Positions 39,100 to 52,812 of a DNA stretch of 64,000 nucleotides are shown here, in pieces. The notes beneath the pieces were generated by a model that worked only from the letters and a program-made list of their open reading frames with translations, was not told where the DNA came from and did no database searches. The stretch is from Octopus sinensis (lineage: Eukaryota): NCBI RefSeq assembly GCF_006345805.1, contig NC_043007.1:63984001-64048000 (forward strand), read 5' to 3'. The position numbers and the translations under genes are program-made. Numbering within the stretch: the stretch's first letter is position 1; the number at the start of each line of letters is the position of its first letter.

Positions 39100-39320
39100 G
39101 TGTCTGGCATAGGACGATGTGGGTTGTACCTAGCAGGACTATTTTTGGTACTGTTCCATAACTCACATCCTGTTTATCTTTGCTTCAAGATCCTTGAACT
39201 TTACAAGGTTCTCAGCCTACTTCCGGGCAATATTTTAATCAGAAGGGATTGCTATGTCTCTCAGATTATAAAAATTTTTATTCCTGTCCTTGATAATTAT
39301 GTATGGAAAGTTTCTTTTGA
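39100..39320 (-). mobile_element. R4/Dong-like LINE relic (restriction-like endonuclease C-terminus)
   Basis: Minus strand PYIIIKDRNK...RDIAIPSD*NIARK*AENLVKFKDLEAKINRM*, then VPKIVLLGTTHIV. This matches the PD..D..KE.EK..KY.DL and QK.VLLGTAHI motifs. Confidence 0.7.
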
Positions 39321-40124
39321 CCTCCTTGTCAGTCTAGACAGGCTTATCTCAGACTGAGGCTAGTTCATCAACATGTAATGTATTTAGTATTTAAACTACT
39401 TCTTTTCTGTTTTCATGTCAAAGTGTTATTTGTGATTAGGCATTCTCCACACACAGAATCAGATCTTCCATTTCAGTTATTAGCCCAAAACTTTGAGCTA
39501 TTATAGGCTTTTACTCTTGCTTATTACCTGAAGTGTCATGCAGAACAGTGACCAAAGAGTAGCTTTTCTCACCATTTTTTTTTATTTAATGTATTTTGGG
39601 ATTGTGTTTTAATTTTGTCTTCTGTTTTTTGTTAACTATTTCTGTTTTGTTCTTGTTTCTGCTTTGTTCTTTATTGTTTCCTTGTGCATAGAGAAAAGTG
39701 TTTTGACTTTTTGTGTTCCTTTGCTCTTTTATTCTTTTATTGGCTTCTGCAGTTGGACTGTGGCCATGTTGGGCCACTGTCTTGAAAAGTTTAGTTGATC
39801 AGATCTCTTGATATTGTTGTATGTATCATCATAACAAAATTTGGCTACAGAGTGGAGAGATGATGATCCCAAAATGAACTTGTTGTGAATACTAGTCAGT
39901 TGAAACAGTGGGTGAGACCTCACATCAGTGAGACGGGGTACAGTGCACTGTAAAGCCATCGAGAGAAAGACCCCCAAACAAGGCACATTATCTCCTGATG
40001 CTCCAGTATGCAGAGATTTTTGACTGCACTTGCACTCACAAGCTGTTGCCAAGTCTCTTAATCTGTCAAGTTGTTTGTGAGTGTTGGCATCTTTCAAAAA
40101 AGGAATGCAAATTATAGGGATGTG

Positions 40125-40335
40125 GAAATATATAGTTGTCAGAATTGTTAGTTCAATGGAAAAAATGCTTCAGAGTATTTGTTCCAGTTCTGAGTCCAAA
40201 TCTCACTGAAGTTAATTTTCCCCTCCATCCATTTGGTGTTGATAAAATAAAGTACAGTCAAGTACTGGGATTAATCACATTGACTAACTTCCTCCCTACC
40301 AAATTACTGGCCTGTGCCTAAGTCAGAAACAATTA
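40125..40335 (+). mobile_element. SINE family B copy
   Basis: gttctgagtccaaatctcactgaagttaattttcccctccatccatttggtgttgataaaataaagtac. Confidence 0.7.
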
Positions 40336-42129
40336 TCCTATGATAAATATAGTTTTCAAAGATGTTCTCACCTAAAATTGCACCTTCAGCACTATCTTAA
40401 TTGACCTTACTCCTTCTCAAGAATCAGATACTTAAGAAAAATATAGAATCTCCAAAGAAATTATGTATTTCTATAAACTTCTAGCCAGCTTATAATTTTC
40501 AAAATAACTTAGAATTTCCACAGGTACTGCCAGTCATTATTATTACTATATTGACATGGGATTTAGGAGAGTTTTAGAATTCACTGCCTTAGTAACCTTG
40601 AGGTTTGGGGGTTTAGAGTAAATAAAAATTTACCATTTCATTTTTTTTGTCTTCTTTCTAATTTAACATTTCATGATTTTTAAAATTTTCTTGCTGAATT
40701 TTTTAACTAAATCATATTTTAAATTTTATCACAAACCTGTCTTCTATTTTCTTATACACACATGTGAACATAATCACGCACGCACACACAAACACACAAA
40801 CACACACACACACACACACACACAACACACACACACACAACACACACACACAACACACACACACATACACATATTTCACTGCTCACACATAACTGCTATT
40901 TGTTGCTATGTTGAATTAACTTAGTCTTGTCATTATGCAGTAATTGTAGTCAAATCTAGTTCACATATCTATTTGCTAAGCTACCATCATTGATAACCAG
41001 ATGTGCAGCTGAATAGAGAGTGGGATGTGGAATGGTATCAGGAAGGCAGGGGGTCATAAAAGTGCTTTTTATGATTTTTAGTGCCAGGAATGCATCTCTG
41101 CTAAACATAGCCAATGTAAAAGTAGTATTTACTAGAACCTCTAGCCTCCAGCTTGCTTGTTAAAAATACTACTTTATACTGATTAGTTTTCTTCAATTTT
41201 CAAAGTAAGTTGTAAACAGTAAACACTTCAACTATATGTTTGAACAAAGATAGAAGAATAAATGCCAAAAATTATGAATTAGCAAATATTTTGACAAAAT
41301 ATTTCAACAAAGAAAATAGATTATCTGTGAAAACTGTGTATAGAAACAAAATTGAAATCATAAATCATCTATTGAGGATAAATAATAGGTTTGTGGAGCA
41401 GTAAAGATTTTAATCATAAGTTGAAACAAAATGATAACTTTTCCTGATCTTAAATAATACTCATTGTTCAGCATAATTTCTATGGTCATCACTATCTATT
41501 GGTTTTCTTGTTTTATTTATTTATTTGTCCAGTCTTCATCAAGAACAACTTTTATATCATTCCTTTTCAAATTAACCTGTTTTTTTTTGTGTGTGGGGGG
41601 GGGGGGTTGTGATGTACTCTATCTTCTTATAATTGGTATAGGAAATTAACTAACCTTCTTTCTTCAGCTCCCTTTGCTAGATATATCTGATATCTAGCTC
41701 TCTGCCTAACCTTTCTATATAGTTTTCTTCTTTTCTTGTTTTAGTTCTTTTTTTTTTTAAATCACATCAAAGCATGTAGTTTATCTCTTGTAGTCTTAGC
41801 TATTACATTACTCCATCATTCTTAACTTAATCTTTGCTTCCAGTAGTCCAGCAGTCCTCACTGCTATGAGAGTTCTTTATCTGTATCTCTTATTGGATAT
41901 AAATATTTACTACTGATATTTCCTAATTTTTTTTTTCTAATTTTGTCTTTTCTTTGTACCATCATTTCTTTCCTCTATGTTTACCAACTATTATACTGGA
42001 AATTCATTCTTCCCAAGGGATAGACTTTTTGTTTAAAGCATTGAAAGAACTGATATCTTTTGATCTGAGAGAGTTTTACCTCATAAGACAAAATAATGTA
42101 GGATCACTAAGATTATAATGATGCACATA

Positions 42130-42830
42130 TGTATGTACAAGCATGTTATGATCCTCAATAATATTTTAATGTCCATTTTACATTTTTACATTTTGCTAGA
42201 GGTTGGACAAGTCTGCTGTATAGTATATAATCAATTCTGTTGAACTTTTGTCATCCAGTCTGTAAAACCCAACATTCTGAGATCTGACCTGATCATTTCC
42301 TACATTTCCTCAATTTATTTTTCATTGGCATTTTCTTTATTTCCCATATATTTTATATGCTTGTACAAGGGCCTTCTTCTCTCCTGCACACCTTACCTTT
42401 TTGTCTTCAATACATTACTATTTTCGTTCCCTCAGTTCATTTATGCTCTACATTTCATACAAATGATCATTATACTTCTCTTCAGCTTCTGTTATCCTTG
42501 GTAAAACAGCTATATTCAATGCTTATGTTTCACTACCATACCTCTTATGCACTCAGGTATGTTTATGCCTTACAGTCAACAGCTTCCTAAATTCTGTTTT
42601 TCTCTTCCTTACTTTATAATCAATTCCTGTACTAATCATATTATCGATGTGACAAACTATCAAGTATGTTTATGATCTATCTCAGCAGTTTATCAACTTC
42701 ATTTCATGATTGCTCTTACTGCTAACTACCTCTATGCACTTATCATATACGAAGTCCTGCAACTATCATTTCTAAAGTCCTCATTCCCTGTCGGTCTACC
42801 ACCTTTTCCTCCACAACTTTTCTGTATCCA
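42130..42830 (-). mobile_element. Old RTE LINE 3' relic
   Basis: gtttcactaccata (YGSET on minus), ctctcctgcacacc (GVQER), and an eroded tail atgtccatttt. Confidence 0.5.
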
Positions 42831-43234
42831 CGAATAAATAGTTGAATATATTATTGCATAATACAGCAATACTCATAAGATTGAATTCAAACAAAACAAT
42901 TATAAATTTATGTAATAAATTATGTAATAAAAGGACTTGTTTACTGATGATATATATATATTTATTTTATTTTATTCACCTATCCTGAAATCTACACTTT
43001 GTAAATATTATAGACAGTATTTTTAATATAAATTACATGTCTGAATAGCTAAGAGCAGATTTCTTTGCTCAGCTGGGTCTTATTATATGCATACACTGTA
43101 AGAATATCATGTGGCCGGCACTTATGCACCAAGTCTGATATTTACTTAATATTGTTGAGTATGCATGTTACTCAGACCTAACATGGTGCCTCAGTTTAAG
43201 TACCTAATTCAACTGAATCTTAATTGTGCATAAC

Positions 43235-43918
43235 TTTCTCTCTTTCGCACGCTGCCTCTGCTACTGAAAAGTCTTGCTTCCCTACGCTGCCACACAACAT
43301 CTTTCGTCTAGCCAAAAAAAGGCCTTTTTCGTCTGTTTGGTTTTTCTCATTTGTCCTCTTGGTTGTTTGATTTCCCATATTGTATTCCCTTTTTATTTCT
43401 TGTCTTGTATTTTTTTGTACATGTATTTTTATCTTGTATTTTATTGTGTAGTTTTATTGTTACGTCCTGTTTGTGTCCTTACCCGTTTTACCCCGCTGCT
43501 TGGAATTTTGTTTTAATTCTCTCGCAGGAAGGCCTAGTTAACGAGTGTCCTGTCTTGCCTTCGAAACACGCCTGAGTTAACTAGCGACAGCTAATGACAG
43601 TGGATTTTTCCTTGTGTAGCTTGTCCTGTACTTGTTTTCTTGTTGTAAAAAATTTTTGGATTTTTCCTTGTGTAGCCTGTCCTGTACTTGTTAAATTTTT
43701 GTTTTTCCCATTTCTACGTCTTGTTGTGGCGTCCTGTACTTACGTATATTTATTTATATATGCATGTATATATACATGTAGATGTAGGTTCGTACATATA
43801 TGTTTGTATGTATGCATATATTTTTAATTATCACATTATTGTCTGACAGCGCCCTGCGTCAGGTTCGTTTCGATTTGTCGGTTCGTTCCATTTCTTATCC
43901 TCCCAGTATTGTTTTATA
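43235..43918. repeat. Unclassified CpG-retaining dispersed repeat ending at (TA)n; second copy at 50327-50718
   Basis: Shared gccttcgaaacacgc..gag...ttgtctgacagcgc..tgcgtc.ggttcgtttcgatt.gtcg.ttcgttcc.tttcttatcctcccagtattgtttt. Confidence 0.85.
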
Positions 43919-44536
43919 TATATATATATACATGTACACACATTCTTGTCTCCATTCAATTTTTATATATATATATATATAATAAAATATTAGGGAATAA
44001 ATCCAAACTTACAGGGAAAAATCAGATTTAGGATTAAATCCAATTTTATAGTATAAATATAAATCACACACACACACGCACACATGTATATGTATATATA
44101 TTTATATATATATATATATTATATATATATATATATATATACATGTGTGCGTGTGTGTGTGATTATGTGTGACTGTATGAGCATGTACATGCACATATAT
44201 GTTTGTGTGTGTATGTGCATGCACATATATATGCTTGTGTGAGTGTGTACATATGTAGACATTATGAACGCAGGAGCTTTTATGTCTGTGTATTGTGAGA
44301 CTATGGTTGTATGGTTTTTTATTCTTTTTTTCTACCTATTAAAGTAACTTCCCTTTTATTCAGTGATTTTTTTTTCATAGCATCTATTGCCATTAATAGC
44401 AAACAAGAGTGCATTGTAGCTCTTTGCTCCAACATTCGAAACTCCGAGTACTATAATGACAACTTACTGATTGTCTTAAATTATATATATACACACACAC
44501 ACATATATGTGTGTATGTATGTATGTATGTATGTAT

Positions 44537-44583
<47 letters not shown>

Positions 44584-44760
44584 GCATGTATGTATTATAT
44601 ATATATATATAAAAGGGCAGTGTAGTATGATGTGGACCACCAACCTTAGGATAAGCTAATGTGCGGAATATGAGCCAAATAATAGAAATATACATAAATG
44701 GTAGTGTCCCAGCATGGCCATAACCTCTTGCTGAAACAATATAGATAGATAGATAGATAT

Positions 44761-47700
44761 GTTTCTTTATTAGCCACATAGGGGACAAAATACAATGTAG
44801 AGCTTTTTTTGGGTGGGAAACAAAGTGGTGGGAAACAAAATTTCAATCAAAAGAGATTGTGAAAAAAATTGCTGATCAATAGGGATCATGTATCACAGAG
44901 ATGTCATAAATGTAAAAGGGAAAAAGGATTAAGTTTATCCATGGAAAGAAAAGCCTATAGAAAAGACCACAGTAACCTCGGGCAATAATATCGTGCAAAA
45001 AAAGCACATTACAGTAAGTGACTCTTTTTTTCTTTATTTTTTTGGTTTGCGCCTTGTCAACCAGTTTCTTGATGACAAGTGCCAACCTTTTGGCTAACAC
45101 CTTGGCCAAAATTTTAAAATCTGCATTGAACAGAGTGATGGTCCTAAAGTTTTCTGGTTAGGCAGTAGTAGATGACAGACGCGATGTATGCATTCGCCAC
45201 TTCCGCCCAGCCTTTTAGGGACAGCTTCCTCTCGGCCCATTGCTGGGCAAGAGTGGCCACCCTAATCATTATCTCATCCCAGTTCTTCTCCATTTGGAGC
45301 TCCAGACCAAACCAGACCCCTAGCAGCTTGACCAACCATCAGTCCAGCATCCTATAACAGAAGCACTGTTTGACAGCATGGGCTGGCTTCTCCAGGTGTT
45401 GATCCACAAGCCCACTGACTTTTCCCGGTTGAATTTTGCTCCTGTTACTGCTTTGTGGTCTTTTAGTGTCTCGCCGACCAGCTCGATGTGGTTGTGGCTA
45501 GACACTATGATGGTGACATCGTCTGTGTATGCAGACACACTCGTCCCACATCCCAATTCTCATGGGATGCCCCTCAGCATTGCCAGCTTCCACAGTAGTG
45601 GATTCTGATGGATCGAACGTGCAATGTTGAAAGCTCTCAATAGATGCCCATTCATGCGAATTACCGAACAGATGCCTCTATACAAAGCAGCTATCCAATC
45701 ATGGAAGACGGGACTGAAACCAGCCGCTATGAGGACAGCCTCCAAGTATCGATGGTCTACCCTATCGAAAGCTTTGGATTGATCCAAATTGATCAAGGTC
45801 CCACCCGTGCCAGGTTCCTTAACTACCCTGGAGATGGAGGTTGTCATGGATGCTCCAACCTGGCACAGTGCACGTTTGTGCCTTGTTGATCAGTTTCTTT
45901 ATGACAAGCACCAACATCTTGGCTAACACCTTGGCCAAAATCTTTAAAATCTGCATTAAGCAGAGTGATGGACCTAAAGTCATGGCACCTTTGCAACACT
46001 CTACCTCTCTCACCAAGAGCTGTGGCAGGTTGTGCAGCTAAGCACTGAGGTCCACACTGCGTTCTTACTCGCCACTTGCCCCAAACAGTTCAGCAAAATG
46101 CTGCTAATAGGCCTCACACATTTTACTGGGCTCAAGTAATTTGCACCCCTGTTCATCTACCAGAGACCAAATGATAGCTTTGTTGCCCAGTTGCACCTCT
46201 GCCACCCAGGCCTCTCGCATGGCTCCAACACCTTTGTTCCTTAGAGCATGTATCCTAGCCCTGACAACACACCCTTCATGTTTGGCGTTGAAGTGCTGGT
46301 TGAGGGCCAACCTCGCCACCAATACGCATCGGATGCTATGTCACTTCTAATCACCTTTTCTAGCTTCTTAACTAGGTCACCCTCTACTCTGTTTTTGTCT
46401 ATCGCTAGTGATTTGCTATACCTAATCACTTCTGCTTTTATTGGTCTCTTGAGGGCAAACCACTATTTGTTGTTGATTATGGCTCCCATCAAAGCCCTCT
46501 TCACTAGCGTGCTAATCTGGTCTCTGAAAACCTGTCTCGACAGGAGAGAGGCATTCAGTTTCCAGTAACCATGACCCTGCCCATGTAGCTTATCCTCACT
46601 GCTTTCGCCTTTCGATGAAATTTCTGAGGAATCGGAAGGGGGTAAGGGCATATTGTAAGTGTCTATGTATGTTTGTAAGTGGTTGTGTTGTTGTTTTCGT
46701 TAGCGTTGGTTGTTGATTGTTTGTGTGAGGTGTATGTGATATAGGGGAGGGGGAATCAGCTTTAGTATCTTCTTTTAGTTCTTGCTGTTGTTGGTGGTGG
46801 TGTTTTTTCAGGTGCTGGTTTATTTTCGATTGTTAGTGTTGATGGGTTTGGTTGGTATGTTTCTTTTGTCATCTTCTGTGTTGATGGTGGTGTGGGTAGT
46901 AAGGCTTTTTCCTCAGATTTTGGTGGTAGTTGTTTTTTTTGTGGCAGTTGGACAATCGTTTTTTAAATGTGTCTCGCTGTTGCACAGATAACAGTGTGGC
47001 CACCTGCCCTCCACCACAATGTACAACTTGTGTCCTGTCAATTCAATGGATATTGGTATTTTATTTATGGATAGCTGATCAATTTGCAGGAGGATTTCAA
47101 GTGTCTTTTTGACCCACTTTTGCTGTTCTAAGACAGCAATTTCTAAAATGTTAGGTTCCTCCATTTCAAAGCAGAGGGCAGATAATAGCCATTGTGTCTC
47201 TACTTCTGGAGGCACATTTTTAATTGTGACTCTTGTCACTCTCTGGCCAAGATAAGTTGGTATCATCACTAACTCATCCATGTGGGGAGTCAGTGTTGAG
47301 AACTGTTTGGCTAGATTTTCATTGTGGAATCGCACTTGAACTGTGCCAAATTTATGCCACCAATTAACATATTCCTTGTGTGTCCATACAGGGTGAAGGC
47401 ATTTTTCAATTTTTTGTTTTGGTGCATTTTCAAGTTTCTTTGTTTTTGTACTTAATATTTTGTAAATGATTGTTCTTTTTTGGGGTTTGTTCTATGATGA
47501 TTTTAGGTATGTGTAAGTGTAAGTTTTGTCCTTCTTCGCTAAGAAATCATTGATTTGTTGGGCAGTGAATGTTACGATAGTTTTCTTTTGTTTTATCACT
47601 TCAGCGAAATTTGTCTTGTCTTTGGTTGTGGTGGTGGTGGTGGTAGTGTCGGTAGCAGAGGTGTTAGTTGTAGCAGTTGAAGTTGCAGAAGTGGTGTTGG

Positions 47701-48207
47701 TGTTGGCAGTACTGTCTTCCGTGGAGGTCATGGTGGACTGCTTTGTGATGATTTTGTTGTTGTTGGTAGTGGTGGTGGTGGTGGTGACAGGGCTGTTAAC
47801 GATCGTGGTTGCAGTATCAATGACGTTGATAGCGTTCACTTTCACGTCTCAGATTTGCCTTTGATATATTTGTATTTTTCATGTCTGTAGTTGTATTCAA
47901 GTGTGTGTGTGCAGAAGTTATTCTTTTTTTCTCCTAGTGTTTCAAGACTAGAGAAATGCTGGTCCATGAACGAATTTAACCAGCATTCCACTATGAAATT
48001 TTTTTGACATTTTTCAAAGTCAAGAAGAAAAATAGAAATTTAAATAGGGTTGAAACTGCCTCTAGGGGCCAATTCCTCCCTTGAAAACACACTCAAATGA
48101 AAGTTGGGTGCTTCACACACCTTGTGTGCAAAAATTAAAACAAAATGTGTGCAATAAAAGGTTGAAAAAGTGATTACCTGCAGAGCCGATGCAACAACAC
48201 ATCAGTC
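44761..48207 (-). mobile_element. Tx1/L1-clade LINE with both ends but internally deleted and rearranged (ORF1 with CCHC knuckle, ORF2 fragments)
   Basis: ORF1 pieces: Thr-rich N-terminus, FAEVIK, RVTIKNVPPE, CYLCNSETHLKNDC. ORF2 pieces: GYWKLNASLL, KILAKVLA, INLDQSKAFDRVDHRY, SAYTDDVT, VKLLGVWFG. Flanked by (ATAG)n and gatagata(GGTA)n. Confidence 0.9.
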
Positions 48208-48297
48208 GATAGATAGGTAGGTAGGTAGGTAGGTAGGTAGGTAGGTAGGTAGTTAGGTAGGTAGGTAGGTAGGTAGGCAGGTAGGTAGCAGGCAGGC
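48208..48297. repeat. (GATA)/(GGTA)n microsatellite
   Basis: Seen directly. Confidence 0.95.
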
Positions 48298-48449
48298 AAA
48301 GATAAGGAAGACTAAGTGATGTACAGCATATAGTTAATGTACAAATATGTTATGACATTTAGATATACTCAAAGATACATTCACTGTATACAAATATTCC
48401 ATTCTCTATTGGAGTGGATAGGTACTTTCTTTCATGTAGTGCCTGTTTT

Positions 48450-49200
48450 AATTCCAGACATTTTGATTATAAAGAATAACACAAACATAAAAACTGAAAT
48501 CCACTAGAAACCAGCATAGTCTAAACAGTACCTAGTAATTACTTCATGCCACCCAAAGCATACCAAAACAAATATGCCATTCAACCTAGCTAAAAAAACC
48601 TGAACAGTTGTCTCCACTCTGGAAATTCCTGGAATTAAAACAAACACTACTTGAAAGAATAGACCAAGCTACTCTATTAAAGAATGGAAAAGGATGCACC
48701 AAAGCAGTAGACATTGAAGAATTACAAAAAGTCAAAAACAGTTCAGATACACTCTAACTTTAACTATAACTCACAACCAAAGAAATGCAAAAACATTCAA
48801 TATTATCCATCAGAACATTGAGCCATGGTATAAAAAGAAAAAGCACTTGAATCACACAAAATAATTAAATGTAGAAGACAACTAAAATACCCTACCAAAA
48901 AAACTACTTACTGATGCAAAACTGCCAACTACAAACTCAACTCCAACAGTTAAAAAGTGCAGCTGCTCTAATTGCAGAACTTGTGACAACCTTTTACTTT
49001 ACTTGTTCTTCAAAACAGTTAATATATGCCATCAAATTCATTGGATGCTGTGAAGGTTATATTGGACAAACCAAACACACCTTAAGAATGAGATTAATGA
49101 TTCATTGACAACAAATACAAAATCCCAGGACTAGACAAATCCCACTCAATGAACATTTGGACACATATGCAAAAGTGAAACCTCAACTGTTACCTTTGGA
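48450..49200 (+). mobile_element. Penelope-like element relic (thumb region and GIY-YIG)
   Basis: SCHPKHTKTNMPFNLAKK; TCSSKQLIYAIKFIGCCEGYIGQTKHTLRMRLMIH*QQIQNPRTRQIPLNEHLD. Confidence 0.8.
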
Positions 49201-49589
49201 ACCAATGTAAGAGGTATAACCTCATCCCACCTGGAACCCTACCTGCAGGGTCATTCTGAATATATTTTTTTGTTTACAAAACTAACTGACCATGTTTTCC
49301 TCCCTCTAGTTGTAGAGAGGTTATGTGCCACCATCCATTTGAGTTTGATGGGCTGTCTATACAGCTAAATGCTTTATAGGTGTGAAACTAGTGGTTACTC
49401 TCTGACCTGCAATAACAATCAACCTTCTAAAATATACACACACATATATTCTGTTATTCTTTTATGTGTTTCAGCATGAAGGCTGTGGTCATGCTGGGGC
49501 ACCACTAGTATCATCACCTCTTCAATGGCTGTTTATATGTGTTTCACCTTTGGTGAATGAAGGAGTTTGATATTATTGTCCTTGTTTGA

Positions 49590-50230
49590 GTTTCTTGCCT
49601 AGATGCAGGCTTATCTGGAATCTTGAGCAGCAGAACATCAAGTTGCTTCTTGAAAACATCTACCCAACACCTTGTAGATTTCTCACATTTTTGGCAAGAT
49701 ATTAAATAGGTGTGGGCCTTTGAATTTCAAGCTATTGCAGTACCTGGTTCTTGCTCTAGGTGGGATGACTGGGACCTTTGAAACAGTGCAATAGCTTCAT
49801 GTTTAAGGGTTTCTATGTTTCATTGATGCACTCTGAACTACTTTGAGTTTCACTGTTATATTGAAGCTGTTAGAGTGACCTTTGTTGAAAGCAGTAGTCC
49901 AGATAGCTGAGGACAAATCCCTTCCATAGGATCAGCATAGTTTCCTGGGCTCTTGTTCTGAAAGTTCTCGGAATCCATCCAGTCATTCTCCTGCACATTG
50001 CCACCATCTTGATGAGATGTACATGAAACAATGCATCATTACTCATATTAATCCCCAGGTCCTGCACTGTATTTGACTCTGAGATTGCTGTTCCTTTTGG
50101 TACAAAGTATTATTATTGTGGTCTGTTAGCACAAGCTGGCTGATAGCAGAGAGCTTGGAATTTTCTTGCATTAGATTGCATGTTGTTTTCTTCAATCCAT
50201 TTGTTTATGGCATCTAGGTCTTTCTGTAGA
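49590..50230 (-). mobile_element. CR1-group (Crack/Daphne/L2-like) LINE 3' fragment
   Basis: DLGINMSND..FHVH...TGWIPRTFRTRAQETMLILWKGFVLSYLDYC; CNSLKFKGPHLFNILPK...FKKQLD. Confidence 0.75.
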
Positions 50231-50326
50231 TTATATATCTTCTGTAGAAGATATGTGTACTCTTACACACACACACATATGTATATATTTCTATGTATAT
50301 GTGTGTATATATACACATATGTATAT

Positions 50327-50718
50327 TGCCTTCGAAACACGCTTGAGTCTACTAGTGACAGCTGATGATTGGAGATTTTTCCTTGTGTAGCATGTCCTGT
50401 ACTCTGTTTTTCTGTTGTAAAAAAATGTTTTTCCCGTTTTCGTTTCTCGTCCAGTTCCACGTCACTGTTTTTCTGTTGTAAAAAAATGGCTTTCCCGTTT
50501 TCGTTTCTCGTTGAGTTCTACGTCTAGTTGTGGTGTCCTGTACTCACGTATATATATTTATATATGCATGTATATATACATGTAGATGTAGGTACGTACA
50601 TATATGTTTGTATGTATGCATATATTTTATTTATTACACTATTGTCTGACAGCGCTTTGCGTCGGGTTCGTTTCGATTCGTCGCTTCGTTCCGTTTCTTA
50701 TCCTCCCAGTATTGTTTT
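50327..50718. repeat. Second copy of the unclassified repeat at 43235-43918, with an internal tandem duplication of about 60 bp
   Basis: ctgtttttctgttgtaaaaaaatg...ttcccgttttcgtttctcgt occurs twice (50404-50520). Confidence 0.85.
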
Positions 50719-51029
50719 ATATATATATATATATATATATACATACATATGTGTGCGCATGTACACACACCCATACACAAATAAACGTAGTGCTCCAGCA
50801 TGGGATTGATAATGATGGCTGAAATTAAAATATAAAGATTATTTCATTTATAATAATATTGATTTTTACCTTTCTGTCAGAATTTTTTGCTATATTTTTC
50901 ACTTTTTGCCTTTCCAGTTATTTAATGTTTGAGTTTTATGCTACATCTATTTATCTTAAGGAGGTGTCAGATTTTTAAATAGGTTTTGATTCTTATCTGC
51001 TTTTTAATTTTACTTTCATTGATTTGCAT

Positions 51030-51066
<37 letters not shown>

Positions 51067-51143
51067 CATTCACATAGCTCATGCAAATATGAATGTGTAT
51101 GTGCAAAGAATGCAAATATGAATGTGCATTTATATGAATAGGT

Positions 51144-51184
<41 letters not shown>

Positions 51185-51545
51185 ATGTACATATATATAT
51201 ATGAATATATATGCAAATATGTATAAAAATACAAAACTTGCACACACAACACACACACATATGCACATTCATACAAAAGGGGAAGATGTGAGAAAAAAAG
51301 AGGGCATTTCATATTAGTTACTTGATATCCACTCTACTATCATATGTGATTGCAAAAGTTAGTTGGAATGCATTATGTATGACTGAATTTTGCAGCTGCT
51401 GCTGCTGCTGATGATATTAGGCTGATATTTTTATTTGTATAAAATTACTTTATATATAACATAATTATATATAATTTATAATAATTTTTTTACCTATCCA
51501 ATATCAGCAACCTATATATTTACACACACACACACACATGTACAT

Positions 51546-52812
51546 ATAAAGGTCAGCTAAAAAGTTCATGGAATAACCAAGATGCTTCCATGGAAGTATC
51601 CAAATGAAGTTTATTTTTCAACACAGTTTCCTTTGCAGTCCACACGCTTCTTCCATCAGTGTTGCAATGCCTGGATCCCATTGGTGTAGAAGCTTTCATC
51701 CTGTTGATCAAAAAACTCATCAACAACAGATATGATACCATCATCACTGTAAGCTGGTTCCCATCCAAGTGTTTTTTCATGTTGAGGAACAGATGATAGT
51801 CAGATGGGGCCAAATCAGATTACATAGGATGAACAACCAGTTCAAAGCCACAGTCACACACAGCATCAAAATGAAAGATTTGTGTGCTGGAGCATTGTCC
51901 TGATGAAACAAGACCCCATTTGTCAGTTTTCCTGGGCATTTCTTTTTGTAACTACCTCAGCAAGTTGGCATGGTACTCTCCATTGATTTGTGGCTCTTTT
52001 GAAAATAATCAATAAACACAATGCCTTTAGCATCTCAAAAACCTGAGGTCATCACCTTCCCTGCAGATGAAATGACCTCAGCTTTCTTTGAAGCAGGTAA
52101 GGAAGGGTGTTTCCATTGCATGAATTGTCTCTTTTCTCTGGCTCAAAGTGATGAACCCAACACTCATCCTGGGTTAGGAAACATTCAAGGAAATCAGTTG
52201 GATCTGCCTGAGAGAATGTCAGATTTTCCCATGGTGTGATCATTCTGGTGCACTTTTGATCAGATGCCAGAAGACATGGCACATACCGAGTAGAAACCTT
52301 TGACATACCAAGTTCATTGTGCAGAATATTCTCAACTCACTCACAGGATATGTTAATAGCATTGGCTGTTTGATACATATAGTCAATAGCCTGTCATCCA
52401 TCACATGTGGTAAATGCAATCAATGTTTTCCTTTGTAGTGGCAGTTGTAGGATGTTCAGAGCTTGAGTCACCTTCAAGACTTTCCATTCCCCTCATAAAT
52501 TCAGCTTCTCTCCTTTACATTTTTGATAAAACTGGATCCTCATCACCCAATATAGCAACCATGTCAGTATGAATGAATGTCCTTGGGAGCTAAATCCTTT
52601 TTCTGTGAGTACTTGATAACACCATGATGCCAACTTTTGTCCATTTTCAAGAGGAGTCATTACTAGTTACTTTTGAGGTCTTCTTTAAACAGTCAGGTGT
52701 CAGTTTATCTGGAAATACACAATGCAGTTATTAAGGGAAGTTGAAATTAATGCATGCAAGATTTCAGAGCTCTAGCATCACTTCATAGTCAGCCTATGAA
52801 CATTTCAGTATA
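51546..52812 (-). mobile_element. Near full-length decayed mariner (DD34D) transposon
   Basis: Transposase pieces MSKVSTRYVPCLL (WVP motif), FLTQDECWVHHFEPE, FHQDNAPAH, DLAPSDYHLFLNMKKHL. Eroded TIRs ggtcagctaaaaagttcat / atgaacatttcag. A partial 5'-end copy lies at about 63025-63150. Confidence 0.88.

Noticed and set aside
47526-47864. Val-rich + strand ORF
   Set aside because: Antisense of the Thr-rich N-terminus of the Tx1 ORF1.
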